From assembly GCA_035084275.1 (NCBI GenBank), contig CM068745.1, positions 21,142,001 through 21,206,000 of the forward strand: a stretch of 64,000 bases of DNA. The letters are read 5' to 3'. Source of the stretch: Hydrolagus colliei (Eukaryota). Positions 38,240 to 49,441 of the stretch are shown here, one piece after another. How positions within the stretch are numbered: position 1 is the first letter of the stretch; each line of letters opens with the position of its first letter. Both the position numbers and the translations under genes were made by a program. The notes under the pieces were generated by a model. That model was not told where the DNA came from. It made no database searches and saw only the letters and a program-made list of their open reading frames with translations.

Positions 38240-39405
38240 TCAGGCTACCCACTAACTCCAAACCCCCATCACACCAGTCCTTGCGAAGCTTCACTGGCTC
38301 CCAATTACTGAATGGATCGATTTCAAAATCCTGTCACTCATTTTCAAATCCCTTCATGCCCTCACACCCTATCTATCTAATTTGCTAACACCCCCTCCCA
38401 TCACCTCAATTCAGTTGGCTCTGGATTCCTTTGATCCCTCGTCCTCTCTGCTCCACCTTTGGTGGCTGGGCCTCCAGGCCCTATACCCCAAATCCCTGGA
38501 CCTCTCTCTTTCTCAATCCCTCCAACTTGTCTGCTCCCTCCCCACTTTCAAATCCTGCTGAAAGAGTTTCCTTTTTGATCACGTTCACCTCCCCCATCCC
38601 TCTCCGCCACTGACAAGCGCTCTGGGATGCTACCTCAAGTTGTCCCAGCAATTTGGGACGTCCTACCGATGTGGGAGACGGTGCTCTATAAATGTACAGT
38701 AAAAGCCCGTTTATCCATGACCCAATCAACCATAACTTCCCTATAACTGACACCTCAAAAAAAAGGTCCCCATTCGATTAATTGGATCTTATCTGGCACA
38801 ATGTTTTTTTTAATATTTTTTTTATTGTGTATGTTTTCGGCCTAATATCCAGCATGTGCTTTAACCGGCATTGGCCAGGTCCCGAGGGTGCCGGATAAAC
38901 GGGCTTTTACTGTAATTTTGTTGTTGTTGTTGAGAATGGCGCTATATAAATACAAGTTGTTGTTGTGAACTACCGGCCAATGAAAGGCTTGCAATACAAT
39001 TCAAGATCCTGGTTTTCACATTTAAAGCCCTCTACAACCGCACCCCACCCTACATCCGTGACCTCCTATCCCCTTACCAACCTGCCTGCTTCCTCAATTC
39101 AGCAGGCTCTGGCCCGCTCCTCATTCCCGACCCACCTGCCCAATGGTGGGCGAACCTTCAGTCACTCTGCCCCCAACCTCTGGAACTCCATCCCAAAGTC
39201 CCTCCACCTCACCCCCTCCCTGGCCTCCTTCAAGTCTCGCTTCAAGACTCTTCTTCGATGGACCCATCGTCAACTCCTTCCCCCCCCCCCCCCCCCCCCC
39301 CCCGCATCCGTCCTCAGCTCGGATCCGAAGCAGTAACTCTCCAGCGCCTTCGGATGGCCTCTTGACGTGAAAGGCACTATACAAATGTAATTTTGTTTTG
39401 TTGTT
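38240..39405 (+). mobile_element. Two consecutive L2 3' fragments (about 38240-38932 and 38995-39405)
   Basis: cttcactggctccca...ttcaaaatcct; both end in aatgtaattttgtt tails; the second has a 24-nt C run (39280-39303). Confidence 0.8.
38697..38912. mobile_element. Tigger/pogo-like MITE (216 bp) inserted in an L2 tail
   Basis: TA|CAGTAAAAGCCCGTTTATCC ... GGATAAACGGGCTTTTACTG|TA; removing it restores aatgTAattttgttgttg. Confidence 0.92.
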
Positions 39406-39980
39406 TCAAGATCAGTCTAGAGATTGGAGTATATTTATACTTAAAAACTTTAAAAACCAGAGCCTTAGGTAATTTTGTTGTTGTTTTTCTTCCTTCTTCC
39501 TTTGTTCTATATCTCCAAGTTCCATTTTGAATCAGAAATTTACCCATTCATCATTTGCATGCTTTAATGGCATTGAAACATGGGTTTCATTAAAGAAATG
39601 TTTGACAAATTGCAATTGAACACTATCATGATATTAAAATACATCCTTTTGCCAACTTCGCATAACGCTGTGCCAAAAATTACCCCTTATATGGTTTTGT
39701 TTCTCACTCCAATAATAAGATGAAAAGTATTTTTTTCTATACTTTTCTTGAGTTGGGAGTCATTGTTTTGTGATGTGTGGAGTGAGATAATCTTAAACCA
39801 GCTCTTGTCATGGTTTATTGTGAATGCCTGGGAAAAAAAGACAAAATAATAGCCATGTGTCTTGATAGATTTTTTTCTAAGAGAAATTATAGAATTCAAA
39901 TACTGAGTTCAAATGAATAAAAAGATCATGAATATAACCTAATATCAGTAGTGCCTGGTATAATAATGCAACTCTTTCAG

Positions 39981-40089
39981 AAGGAAGGTGGAGATCATGC
40001 ATACGCACAGTCTATTCACCCTGCTTGGAGAGAGGCTAATGCTTCACACAAATACTCTTTCTGTAACAACGTATAATACACTTTATGAG
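39981..40089 (+). CDS. NBEA: Neurobeachin internal coding exon (109 nt, phase 2-0)
   Basis: tttcAG|A ... GAG|GTaag; RKVEIMHTHSLFTLLGERLMLHTNTLSVTTYNTLYE. Confidence 0.95.
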
Positions 40090-40825
40090 GTAAGATGTCC
40101 ATTAAACATGTTTCTGTATGCATTGCTGTATATATTATGAAGATATATTTAATTTGTTCTTGTAGATTTTGTATTTTTCTCCTGAAGCTAATCATTCTAT
40201 TGTAATACTATTAATGCAACAATTTTTAAAAAACGTTTTGCTTCAGAACATTTTTAATATTTGCATTTTTCTTAAATTCATTTTAAATTCATGGGAGAAA
40301 AAGGTGTTTGACTCAAGTTATTCATTTAAATGCTCTGATTGCTTTTAAAGATTTGTCTTCAGAGTTTCCTATTTGGACCAAATTAGCATTAGAAAATTGG
40401 GATTTTATATGAATAATTAGTATTCTGCGGTGTAAATGCTGTATCATAAATTTATATTTCCTGCATCAGGAAAATGTTTATGAATCAGAGATTATTATTA
40501 AAAACCAATTTGGTTGATCTGTATTTAAACCTTGAAATTAGGGTGCAATAATATTTCTTTGTTATAATGGAATATATTTTTGAACTGGTTAGGTAAATGT
40601 CACCTCCAAGAGCAGAGCTATTCCATATGTCTGTCCTCTTTTTTCTGCATTATCACAACAGCAACGGTTCAAATGAATAAAGCCTTTAAGACCATTTGAT
40701 CTCATCTGTTCTGAAAGCAAAACTATCATTCTCCCAGAGCAGGGTCAAGCTGTTCCTTAATGAATCATGTATTGAGACATCTAGCACTCTTTCTGATAAC
40801 CAGAAAGAGGTTTCTACACATGGAG

Positions 40826-41190
40826 GGCTTGGGGATCCCAGAAGGTGTGTTGGGGTACTGCTGGAGTCTAACCAGATAAAACCAAATAGCTTGCCATTAA
40901 TATCGCTGTCAGGGAAACTTTCCTGCTGTTTCTCCAGCTAGGACCACCCTATCCATTAGGGCTTTGGCTTAACAAGGGTTAACAAGAGCTGAATTGGATG
41001 ACTCCTTGCCCCCAAATGACTGATCTGGCCTTCCAGATCCTGCTGATGAGCTAGGCTTGTGTGTGCATCAGCAGTGCCCTGGATTATGGTAGACCTGCCT
41101 GGCTCAGGAACTGGACAACCGAGACTGCTACAGAGGGCAAACTCGATTCTGACATTCCATTGCCAAGCATGCCACATTGGAGACAGTTCA
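40826..41190 (+). repeat. Old unclassified interspersed repeat, inverted sister of 54727-55056
   Basis: Shared blocks ctggagtctaa, ctgctgat...atcagcag, ctggctcaggaactggac, attctgacattc in collinear inverted order. Confidence 0.7.
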
Positions 41191-41986
41191 GGTTCAAGGA
41201 GACCCTGCTTACCTCCCACTCAAGGAGGATAGTCACTAGTTGATTGTTCAACATTTGACAAGTGTGGGTTTCAGTACATCTTTTGAAGTTCACTCGTGTT
41301 GCCAGTGCCCTGTACAAGCTTCACTCTAATGCATTATGGGAGGAGTGAGTTCCAGACAGGAGCTATGCCTTGTGTTGGCTGAAATCAGTAACCCAAGCTT
41401 AACATAATCCATGCCATCATTGGGCAGGTTTTCAGTCATCCTGTCCCCACTCTGGAACTTCACCTCAGAGGGATAGAGAGAGAGTTCCAGATTTTCTCCC
41501 TCACTTTGTTCAAGGCAAATCTCAAATCATTGCTGACTATGCTTTTGGTCATTCCTCCCCCTCCACACTCGCCCTTGACTCCAACAACAACAACAACAAC
41601 AACTTTGATTTATATAGCGCCCTCCACGCCGGACGGCGTCTCCACATCCCCTCCCCCAACCCCCTTGACTCCCACCCCACAGCTAACCATCTAGCTTTGC
41701 CAATTGCATGTTGTCCTCCATATGTGAAAGGTTCTAGATAAACGTAGATTGTAATGGAATTTAATTTCAAATGCTCCTATTGTGTAGTATTGCACTATTT
41801 AACTATTTTGCATAGAACTATCAGTCCAGTTTGGATACTTTTAAGCATGATGGTGGGCTTCCGGTGTGTCAGATACCAGCTGACCAACAAAAACATTTCC
41901 AAAAGTTCTGAAGTGAGGCTTGTAGCAGTTTAGTTACATGGCACAGAAATAGGATTTTTGAGCCTGTGTACCATTAATTATAAATA

Positions 41987-42192
41987 CAGTAAAAGCCTGT
42001 TTATCTGGCACACTTGGGACCTGGCCAATGCCGGTTAAAGTGCGTGCCGGATATTCAGCCGAAAACACACAACTTTTTTTAAAATGTATTGTGCCGGATA
42101 ATTTCTGGTAAATCGAATGCGGCCTTTATTTTGAGGTGCCAGTGAAACGGAAGTTACGGTTGATTAGGTCATGGATAAATGGGCTTTTACTG
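41987..42192. mobile_element. Tigger/pogo-like MITE, inverted sister of 38697-38912
   Basis: TA|CAGTAAAAGCCTGTTTATC ... GATAAATGGGCTTTTACTG|TA; interior is the reverse complement of the 38697 copy. Confidence 0.9.
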
Positions 42193-42706
42193 TATTAGGT
42201 TCTGCGTGCTGAATCTAGAGCCTAGAGTTGAAGCTCAATAAAATAAACAAAATTGACCAATTTGTTATTTTTGATGAGGAAGGATCCATCATTATTTAAA
42301 TAGTATACGCGTTAGTAGGGAACGGCGATTAATCGGTTTTTCGATTAAACCCGATATGATTTTCAGATCGGTATGCCGATATGGTGATTCTAAAAAAACT
42401 GTTATATCGAGAGATTCGATTTTAAAAATATACATCGATATATTTTTAATATCGTTCCTGGCAATATATCAATATTGTTGGTATTATCAGTGTAATGCGA
42501 TCTTTTCCAGCTTACCTTGTCGCCGGCATTGCAACCTCCTAGATCTAGAGCATGGAATGCGCGTACATTCGGTGCGCGCGCACAATTAACGGGCGCGCAC
42601 ATCCGATGCGCGCGCACACTTTACTGTGTATACTCGACGTGAGTCGTGGCGTCTTAACAAAGTCGCATCGCTGAAAATTGTTGTTTGAAAATTTACCTTT
42701 CTCATC

Positions 42707-43186
42707 ATGGGGAAAAGAAGCCCCATATGGGACTACTTTGAAAACAATGCAGTCAGTAATGGTGTGTATAGATGTACAGTTTGCAAGGTCTTGGTTAAGA
42801 CATCTGATTCGAGCACGAGCAACCTGCGACATCACATTAAGCAGCACCACCCCGCCCAGCACGCTGCCCTCAGAGCGAAATCATTGTCGGTAACAGCAGG
42901 AAGTCGAACCAGCGCTTCGGAGAAAGCGACAGGTAGTGGGGCCAGTGCAGCTCAAACAATTCCTGCTTTATTTAAGAGGAGAACATTGTACCAGAGAGGG
43001 GACAAAAAGTGGCAAAGTATCACGAACGCTGTCACTTTTTGCATAGCAAAGGAGAGCTTGCCAATGGCGAAGGACATTAATTCAGACTTCAGACTACATA
43101 AAAATAAATGGCATTTTGTGGCTGTGTTATTTTTGTGTGTGAGAGAGTTAGAAGCCAGATTATCACTGCTGTGTGTGTCTGACTAG
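42707..43186 (+). CDS. Truncated hAT transposase N-terminus (BED zinc finger), 159-aa ORF; expression unknown
   Basis: SPIWDYF...CTVC...TSNLRHHIKQHH BED signature, then ITNAVTFCIAKESLPM; transposase similarity ends there and no DDE core follows. Confidence 0.75.
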   Translation: MGKRSPIWDYFENNAVSNGVYRCTVCKVLVKTSDSSTSNLRHHIKQHHPAQHAALRAKSLSVTAGSRTSASEKATGSGASAAQTIPALFKRRTLYQRGDKKWQSITNAVTFCIAKESLPMAKDINSDFRLHKNKWHFVAVLFLCVRELEARLSLLCVSD

Positions 43187-43372
43187 ACACACACATAGAA
43201 GCAGTGATAATCTGGCTTCTAACTCTTAACAGTCAGATTGTCTGTCTCTCTCTTTTCTATTGTAATAGATCTCATTTACACGTGGACATTACATGCTACT
43301 TTCAAGCAAGAATTGGAGGAGAATAAATCTCTAGATTTTGTTTTTGGTGTGTGTGTGTTCTATTTTGTGTTT

Positions 43373-44134
43373 AGAGATGGAGGGAGAGAAGGAGAGGGGG
43401 AAAGTTGGGAGAGAAGGAGAGAGGAAGAGAGGAGAGGGAGGGAGAGAATGAGAGGGGGAAAGGAGGGAGAGAAGGAGCGAGGGGAAAGGAGGGAGAGAAG
43501 GAGAGAGGCGAGGAAGGGAGAGAAGGAGAGGGGGAAAGTTGGGAGAGAAGGAGAGAGGAAGAGAGAAGAGGGAGGGAGAGAAGGAGAGGGGGAAAGGAGG
43601 GAGAGAAGGAGCGAGGGGAAAGGAGGGAGAGAAGGAGCGAGGGGAAAGGGGGGAGAGAAGGAGAGAGGGGAGGGAGAGGGGGAAAGTTGGGAGAGAAGGA
43701 GAGAGGAAGAGAGGAGAGGGAGGGAGAGAAGGAGAGGGGGAAAGGAGGGAGAGAAGGAGCGAGGGGAAAGGAGGGAGAGAAGGAGAGAGGGGAGGGAGGG
43801 AGAGGGGGAAAGTTGGGAGAGAAGGAGAGAGGAAGAGAGGAGAGGGAGAGAAGGAGAGGGGGAAAGGAGGGAGAGAAGGAGCGAGGGGAAAGGAGGGAGA
43901 GAAGGAGAGAGGGGAGGGAGGGAGAGAAGGAGAGAGGGGAGGGAGGGAGGGAGGGAGGGAGGGAGGGAGAGAGAAGGAGAGGGGGAAAGGAGGGAGAGGA
44001 GACAGGGAGGATGGAGAGGAGAGAGGGAGAGTGGAGGGGGAGGGAGAGGGGGGAGGGAGGGAGGGAGGGAGGGAGAAAGGAAGGAGAGAAGGAGAGAGGA
44101 GAGGAGGGAGAGAAGGAGAGGGGGAGGTAGGGAG
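43373..44134. repeat. Almost pure polypurine (GA-rich) minisatellite inside hAT copy 1
   Basis: Shuffled units such as gggagagaaggagagggggaaa, ggaaagttgg, gaaggagcgagg. Confidence 0.95.
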
Positions 44135-44516
44135 CAAACAACATCGTATAATTCAACAGACCTTGACACCAACATTACAAACTTTCTGGACCTAGAGCAC
44201 GCATTTCGAAATGTGTGTGCACCGCGACTGCGCGCGCATCATCAGTGCGGACGCACCGTCAATGCGCGCGCACCGCGACTGAGCGCGCACCATAAATGCG
44301 CGCGCGCCATCAATGCACGCACACTTCGAATGCACGCGCATGCGCAGTATAAAAACTCGATAGATCGGTTTAAGCAGGTATGAGCAAACCGATATATCCA
44401 TATCCGGAAAATTCCCATATCGCCGTTCCCTACGTGTTAGTGATGATTATGATGATGTAGAAAGCTTAAATCCACCGCCATGAACAAATGGGATTTTTTT
44501 TCACTTTTGGTTTTAG

Positions 44517-44598
44517 ATTTTGACTGAACAAGTGTGCACACAGGTGGTCCACAAGCCTCATCCAGAACCTGACTCAACAGTAAAAATTCAGAATCCAA
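44517..44598 (+). CDS. NBEA: Neurobeachin internal coding exon (82 nt, phase 0-1)
   Basis: ttttAG|ATT ... A|GTgag; ILTEQVCTQVVHKPHPEPDSTVKIQNP. Confidence 0.95.
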
Positions 44599-44718
44599 GT
44601 GAGTATACATGTAAATAAAAAGAAACTAAAACTGATGGAAATCTGAAATATCCAGCAAATATGAGAATCGATATCAAGTCAGTCTGCCTCAATAAGAGAC
44701 TATTGCCCAAAAGTTATC

Positions 44719-44992
44719 TAATAATTATAATAATAATCCTTGCATTTGATATAGCGCTTTTCACATCTTCTAGACTTCTCAAAGCGCTTCACAGAATATA
44801 CTGTGAAGTGAATTGACTGTATTTTTTGTGGGCGGAATACGGCAGCCAATTTTGCACAACAGTGTCCCGACAAACAGTCAATTGAAATGACCAACTTATT
44901 ATAGGTTTTCTTGGAGGGATTATTATTAGGTGTGTGGAGTAAGGAAACTTGCCCAAGATTTCGCCCTGAACTGCCTGGATTCGAACACAGAA
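44719..44992 (-). mobile_element. 5'-truncated tRNA-derived SINE
   Basis: (aat)n ccttgcatttgatatagcgc...ggattcgaacac. Confidence 0.88.
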
Positions 44993-45611
44993 ACACAGTT
45001 TCTCTTTTAGATGTTTAATTATTATCCAGCACCTTGGGATGTCCTCCTGACGTGAAAGGTGCTATACGAGTATAATTTTGATGTTGTATTAATATAGCAT
45101 GCATATTTTTTGTGCAATTTCACATGAAGAAGACTATTTTCTGACCAAGCAAGCGTTAATAAAAAAAGTTGCAGAAAGACCCACCTGATTGCCTACTGTG
45201 TGGCTGTTCGCTTTAGAACCTTACAGGCACTAACATTTACAAACCACGCATTACCCTCCATTATCATTTTGATGCTAAAAGATTTGCCCTTTACTGCAGC
45301 CATGTTTGTATAACATGATTTCATCCCCCATAATGTTTAGAACCTATCCACTAATCCAAAGAATTTACGTACAAGACCAAACATCACTCCATTAAATCCT
45401 ATCTGTGTAAAACATGTAGAATAAAACTCATATTTCCAAGAATATCTATTTTGATGATGTGTGCTAACAGTGGAGAAAATCTGATGTGAGCATACATCAT
45501 TGATTCTGAACTAGTAGTTTAAGGTAGCCACTATATTTGTGAGAAATAAACAGAAATGTTTGCACATAGAGGAGAAATCTGCAACTAATTTAAGAATATA
45601 CATATTAAAAA

Positions 45612-45840
45612 ATGCAAAATACCATAGATGCTAGAAATCTGAAACAACAACAGAAATTGTTGGGAACACTCAGCAGGTCAGGCAGCATCTATGGAGAAAG
45701 GAAAAGTGAGTCAATGTTCCGGGTCCACGACCCAAAATATTCTGACAAAGAATTGTAGACCTGAAATGTTGGCTCACTTTTCCTTTCTCCATAGATGCTG
45801 CCTGACCTGCTGAGTGTTCCCATGACTTCTGTTTTTAATT
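45612..45840. mobile_element. Penelope-type palindromic terminal repeat (head-to-head copies)
   Basis: 53-nt inverted arms 45662-45714 / 45769-45821; degenerate hammerhead-like ctgacaa...gacctgaaa at about 45742-45766; family assignment from memory of chondrichthyan repeats. Confidence 0.7.
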
Positions 45841-45976
45841 TAAAAATAGGATTGAAGATCAATGAGATTTAATGAGTAGTGAAATATCTTATATTCAAAG
45901 ATATTTCATACAATGGCAAAGGCACAAACCAGATGGAAACTCAATTTGTTCTATTTTCATAATTTTTTTTCTTTAG

Positions 45977-46100
45977 TGATTCTCAAAGTGGTAGCTACTT
46001 TGTTGAAAAATTCTACGCCAAGCACTGAACTGATGGAAGTTAGACGTCTATTTTTATCAGATATGATAAAATTGTTCAGCAACAGTCGGGAGAACAGAAG
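45977..46100 (+). CDS. NBEA: Neurobeachin internal coding exon (124 nt, phase 1-2)
   Basis: ctttAG|TG ... AG|GTatg; (M)ILKVVATLLKNSTPSTELMEVRRLFLSDMIKLFSNSRENR(R); inside ORF 45913..46314. Confidence 0.95.
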
Positions 46101-47399
46101 GTATGTGGATCTGCTGTTACAGGTTTTGCTTGTCTGTTACTATTTTTTGTTTTCTAGGTATGCCGTGTACCTTGTTTTAGGCTGCCTGAGTTACTCCAAT
46201 TGCACAGATTTATGGAATACTGACCTGACTACAGACTTGAATGTTGTGCAACTAATTCTTGTAAAGCAGCATACAGTCCACTCAGGGTTACAAAATTGCA
46301 GCTTTGTTATGTAGGAAACCAGCCTGTTTTCTGTTCTACTGTTACACAAAAGCTCCTGGTGAGGGTTGTTAAAAAGATTGAACAATATTTAATTAAGGAA
46401 CAGAATGTGCTTAGGAATGTTGCAATTTTGACCCAATTTTCCTTTTTTCCACTTGCTGGATTACAGTTTCAGGTGTAGAGTATCTGAGGTTGGACATCCT
46501 CAGATATCTATCTCACTGTTAGCAGTTTACACTTCATTCAACAATGGAGACATTACAACTGAGCCTGATCTCATGCTTAGCTGACATACACATATTATAG
46601 GGATTACTTACAAGACAACAAACCCTGTTAGTAATAGTTTCAATCAAATTTATTGTTTACTAAAAAAGTTTTTAAAAATCACATATCAAAAACTTAATAT
46701 AAATGTACTGTACTTTCAATTATAATAATAATAAAATATGATAAAGCAGCAACTACCACAGAAAGTGGGGATGATATACAGTCATTTCACTTTACAGTAT
46801 ATTCTGTAAGCTTTTTGAGATGTCTTGAAGATGTTGTAAGGTGCTATATCAAATGTAAATGTTATTATGATTATGAGAATTGTTATCTTGTCTGAAGATT
46901 TAGCACAGAGTCAGTGGTGCTACCTTTCCTCCAGAATCTTCTTCACTAAATTTGGTTAAACTTCCATCTTTTATACCCCAAAGTCCAACTTTGTAGACAT
47001 CAACTTTCATGAAATTATATAAATCATTTGGTGCTAATAGTTTTTGTCCTCATTAGCACGTTCCAAATAGGGAATGATAAAATCTATCTATTCAGGTAGA
47101 TATGTCAAAAGAATGCAGGGACACAGACAAACTATCTTTATCTAAACCCTATCACACTTCAGGAGAAAACCACACTTGTTCCATTTCATTGGTGACGGTG
47201 AGAAACAGGAAAGAATAACATTCTAAAAAGGAAAGACATTATTAGCTAGCTGCATCTGGTTGGTCTCTGCGTCAATTCTCTCTCACCATATACACACTGA
47301 GTAGCTGCGTCATTCCTTGACCATAGAGAATTTTCATTTACAATGCCCAATTTCAAGCAAAGAGGCACTGCAGACTGATTAGGAGTCGCTGCTGTTTTT

Positions 47400-47951
47400 C
47401 TCCTCACGGCTGGACTATTCAAATGTCCTCCTTGCTGGTCTCTCCTCCACCCCAAACCATAAAATCCAACTCATCCAAACCTCTGCCACCCACATACTTA
47501 CCCGCACCAAACTTCGCTCCCCCATTACCCCAGTCCGTGCCAGACTTCACTGGCTCCCTATCCCCGAGAGGATCGACTTCAAGATCCTCACCCTTGTTTT
47601 CAAATCCCTCCACTCCTCTGCACCCCCCTACCTCTCTGACCTCTCTCCTCAAACCAGCTCCCGTTGCCTTCGCTCGACTGGGTCTGGCCTCCTCCATATT
47701 CCCAAATCCTCCGCTCCACCCTTGCCTTCAGCCACTATTCCCCGAGCCTCTGGAATTCCCTTCCTCACTACCTTCGCCTCGCCCCCTCTTTTCTCAGTTT
47801 CAGGTCCCAGCTGAAGACCTTTCTCTTCGACCGTGCCTTTGGCCACCTTTCTACACCTGCCTCTGGCTGGGTCCTGGGATCCGCTATTGTGCAGCGCTCT
47901 GAGACGCTGTCTGGCGTGGAGGGCACTATATAAATCAAAGTTGTTGTTGTT
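47400..47951 (+). mobile_element. L2 3' fragment
   Basis: cttcactggctccctatccccgagaggatcgacttcaagatcc...gcgctctgagacgctgtctggcgtggagggcactatataaatcaaa(gtt)n. Confidence 0.88.
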
Positions 47952-48036
47952 ACTTCATTTTTCTGCAACAGATGTAGATGCTGACATTATTACTTAATTA
48001 TATGTTCACCTATTTAATGCGAATTATCTTTTGCAG

Positions 48037-48229
48037 ATGTCTTCTACAGTGTTCAGTCTGGCAAGACTGGATGTTCTCTCTTGGTTACATCAATCCAAAA
48101 AGCTCAGAGGAGCAGAAAATCACAGAGATGGTGTACAACATTTTCCGTGTTCTCCTCTATCATGCAATTAAGTATGAATGGGGAGGTTGGCGTGTTTGGG
48201 TAGATACTCTCTCGATCGCACATTCTAAG
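48037..48229 (+). CDS. NBEA: Neurobeachin internal coding exon (193 nt, phase 2-0)
   Basis: ttgcAG|A ... AAG|GTaag; [64 protein letters not shown]. Confidence 0.96.
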
Positions 48230-49441
48230 GTAAGATCTGATTGATGAAGAAATTAACTTGAATATGCTTTCTCATTAATGCATTGCAAAGTATTCAGATT
48301 CTATTACGGAATTTATTTTCAGTCTACAAAGACAAAAGCGTAATTTTATTGATCGCAAGCTGAATTGTATTTATACACAATTTACTTTGATGTGTTGTCC
48401 TCTACTCAATTTATATGCAGCTAGAATTGCTGTGAATGCATCTCATACTATTAACGCAGGAATAATAATGAAAAAAAAGACTTAACCTTGAGGTAATTAG
48501 AGTGTTAAAGAGGGTGATTTAATGGGTTCACCTCATTATACTTATGATGTATCAATAAAAAGTACTAGGATTGAAGAATATGATCGTACATGATATATTG
48601 TAGTATTTAGAAAGTTCAATACTGCCATCGTGTGGTAACCTATGAAAAGTGCAATAAAGATGTTCCTCAGATTATTTGCCATTTTCTGATAGTACAGTAT
48701 GTTGTATTATGTTGAGACTCTTTGATTTTAGGGTTAAGTCTGTAATATCCAATAATTACCATTGAATTATGTATTACAAAATATGAGTTAAACACCAACT
48801 TCTAAAACCTCTTAAGCCATGCTTTGCTTTGTATGATTAGGAGGTGAGGTTTCCTCACTTTTAAAGACCATTACTCTCTTTGTTACTAGGTCACTTTGTT
48901 AGATTTTTGCATTTGTAATTTTAAGCAGTTTAACACTCCAACGGAGGAGTGAAACATGAAAGATGCAGCATGGAGTGAAGATGCTCTGGGTGAAATTCAT
49001 CCTTGCCATATGTTGTCTATCATCAAGATGTTTTTATTTCTAGGTTTCCAGTAGGGAATGGCGATTAATCGGTTTTTCGATTAAACCCGATATGATTTTC
49101 AGATCGGTATGCCGATATGGTGATTCTAAAAAAACTGTTATATCGAGAGATTCGATTTTAAAAATATACATCGATATATTTTTAATATCGTTCCTGGCAA
49201 TATATCAATATTGTTGGTATTATCAGTGTAATGCGATCTTTTCCAGCTTACCTTGTCGCCGGCATTGCAACCTCCTAGATCTAGAGCATGGAATGCGCGT
49301 ACGTTCGGTGCGCGCGCACAATTAACGGGCGCGCACATCCGATGCGCACGCACACTTTACTGTGTATACTCGACGTGAGTCGTGGCGTCTTAACAAAGTC
49401 GCATCGCTGAAATTGTAGTTTGAAAATTTACCTTTCTCATC

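Larger units (their letters stand above)
42316..44432 (+). mobile_element. Non-autonomous hAT (Ac/ZBED-type) element with BED finger, copy 1
   Basis: Perfect 14-bp TIR TAGGGAACGGCGAT / ATCGCCGTTCCCTA; 8-bp TSD CGCGTTAG / CGTGTTAG (one CpG transition); CpG-rich. Confidence 0.95.

Noticed and set aside
43238-44383. Several 218-381 aa ORFs on both strands over the purine tract
   Set aside because: Purine-only or pyrimidine-only sequence cannot contain stop codons, so all frames are open trivially; the products are R/E/G or S/P/L low-complexity
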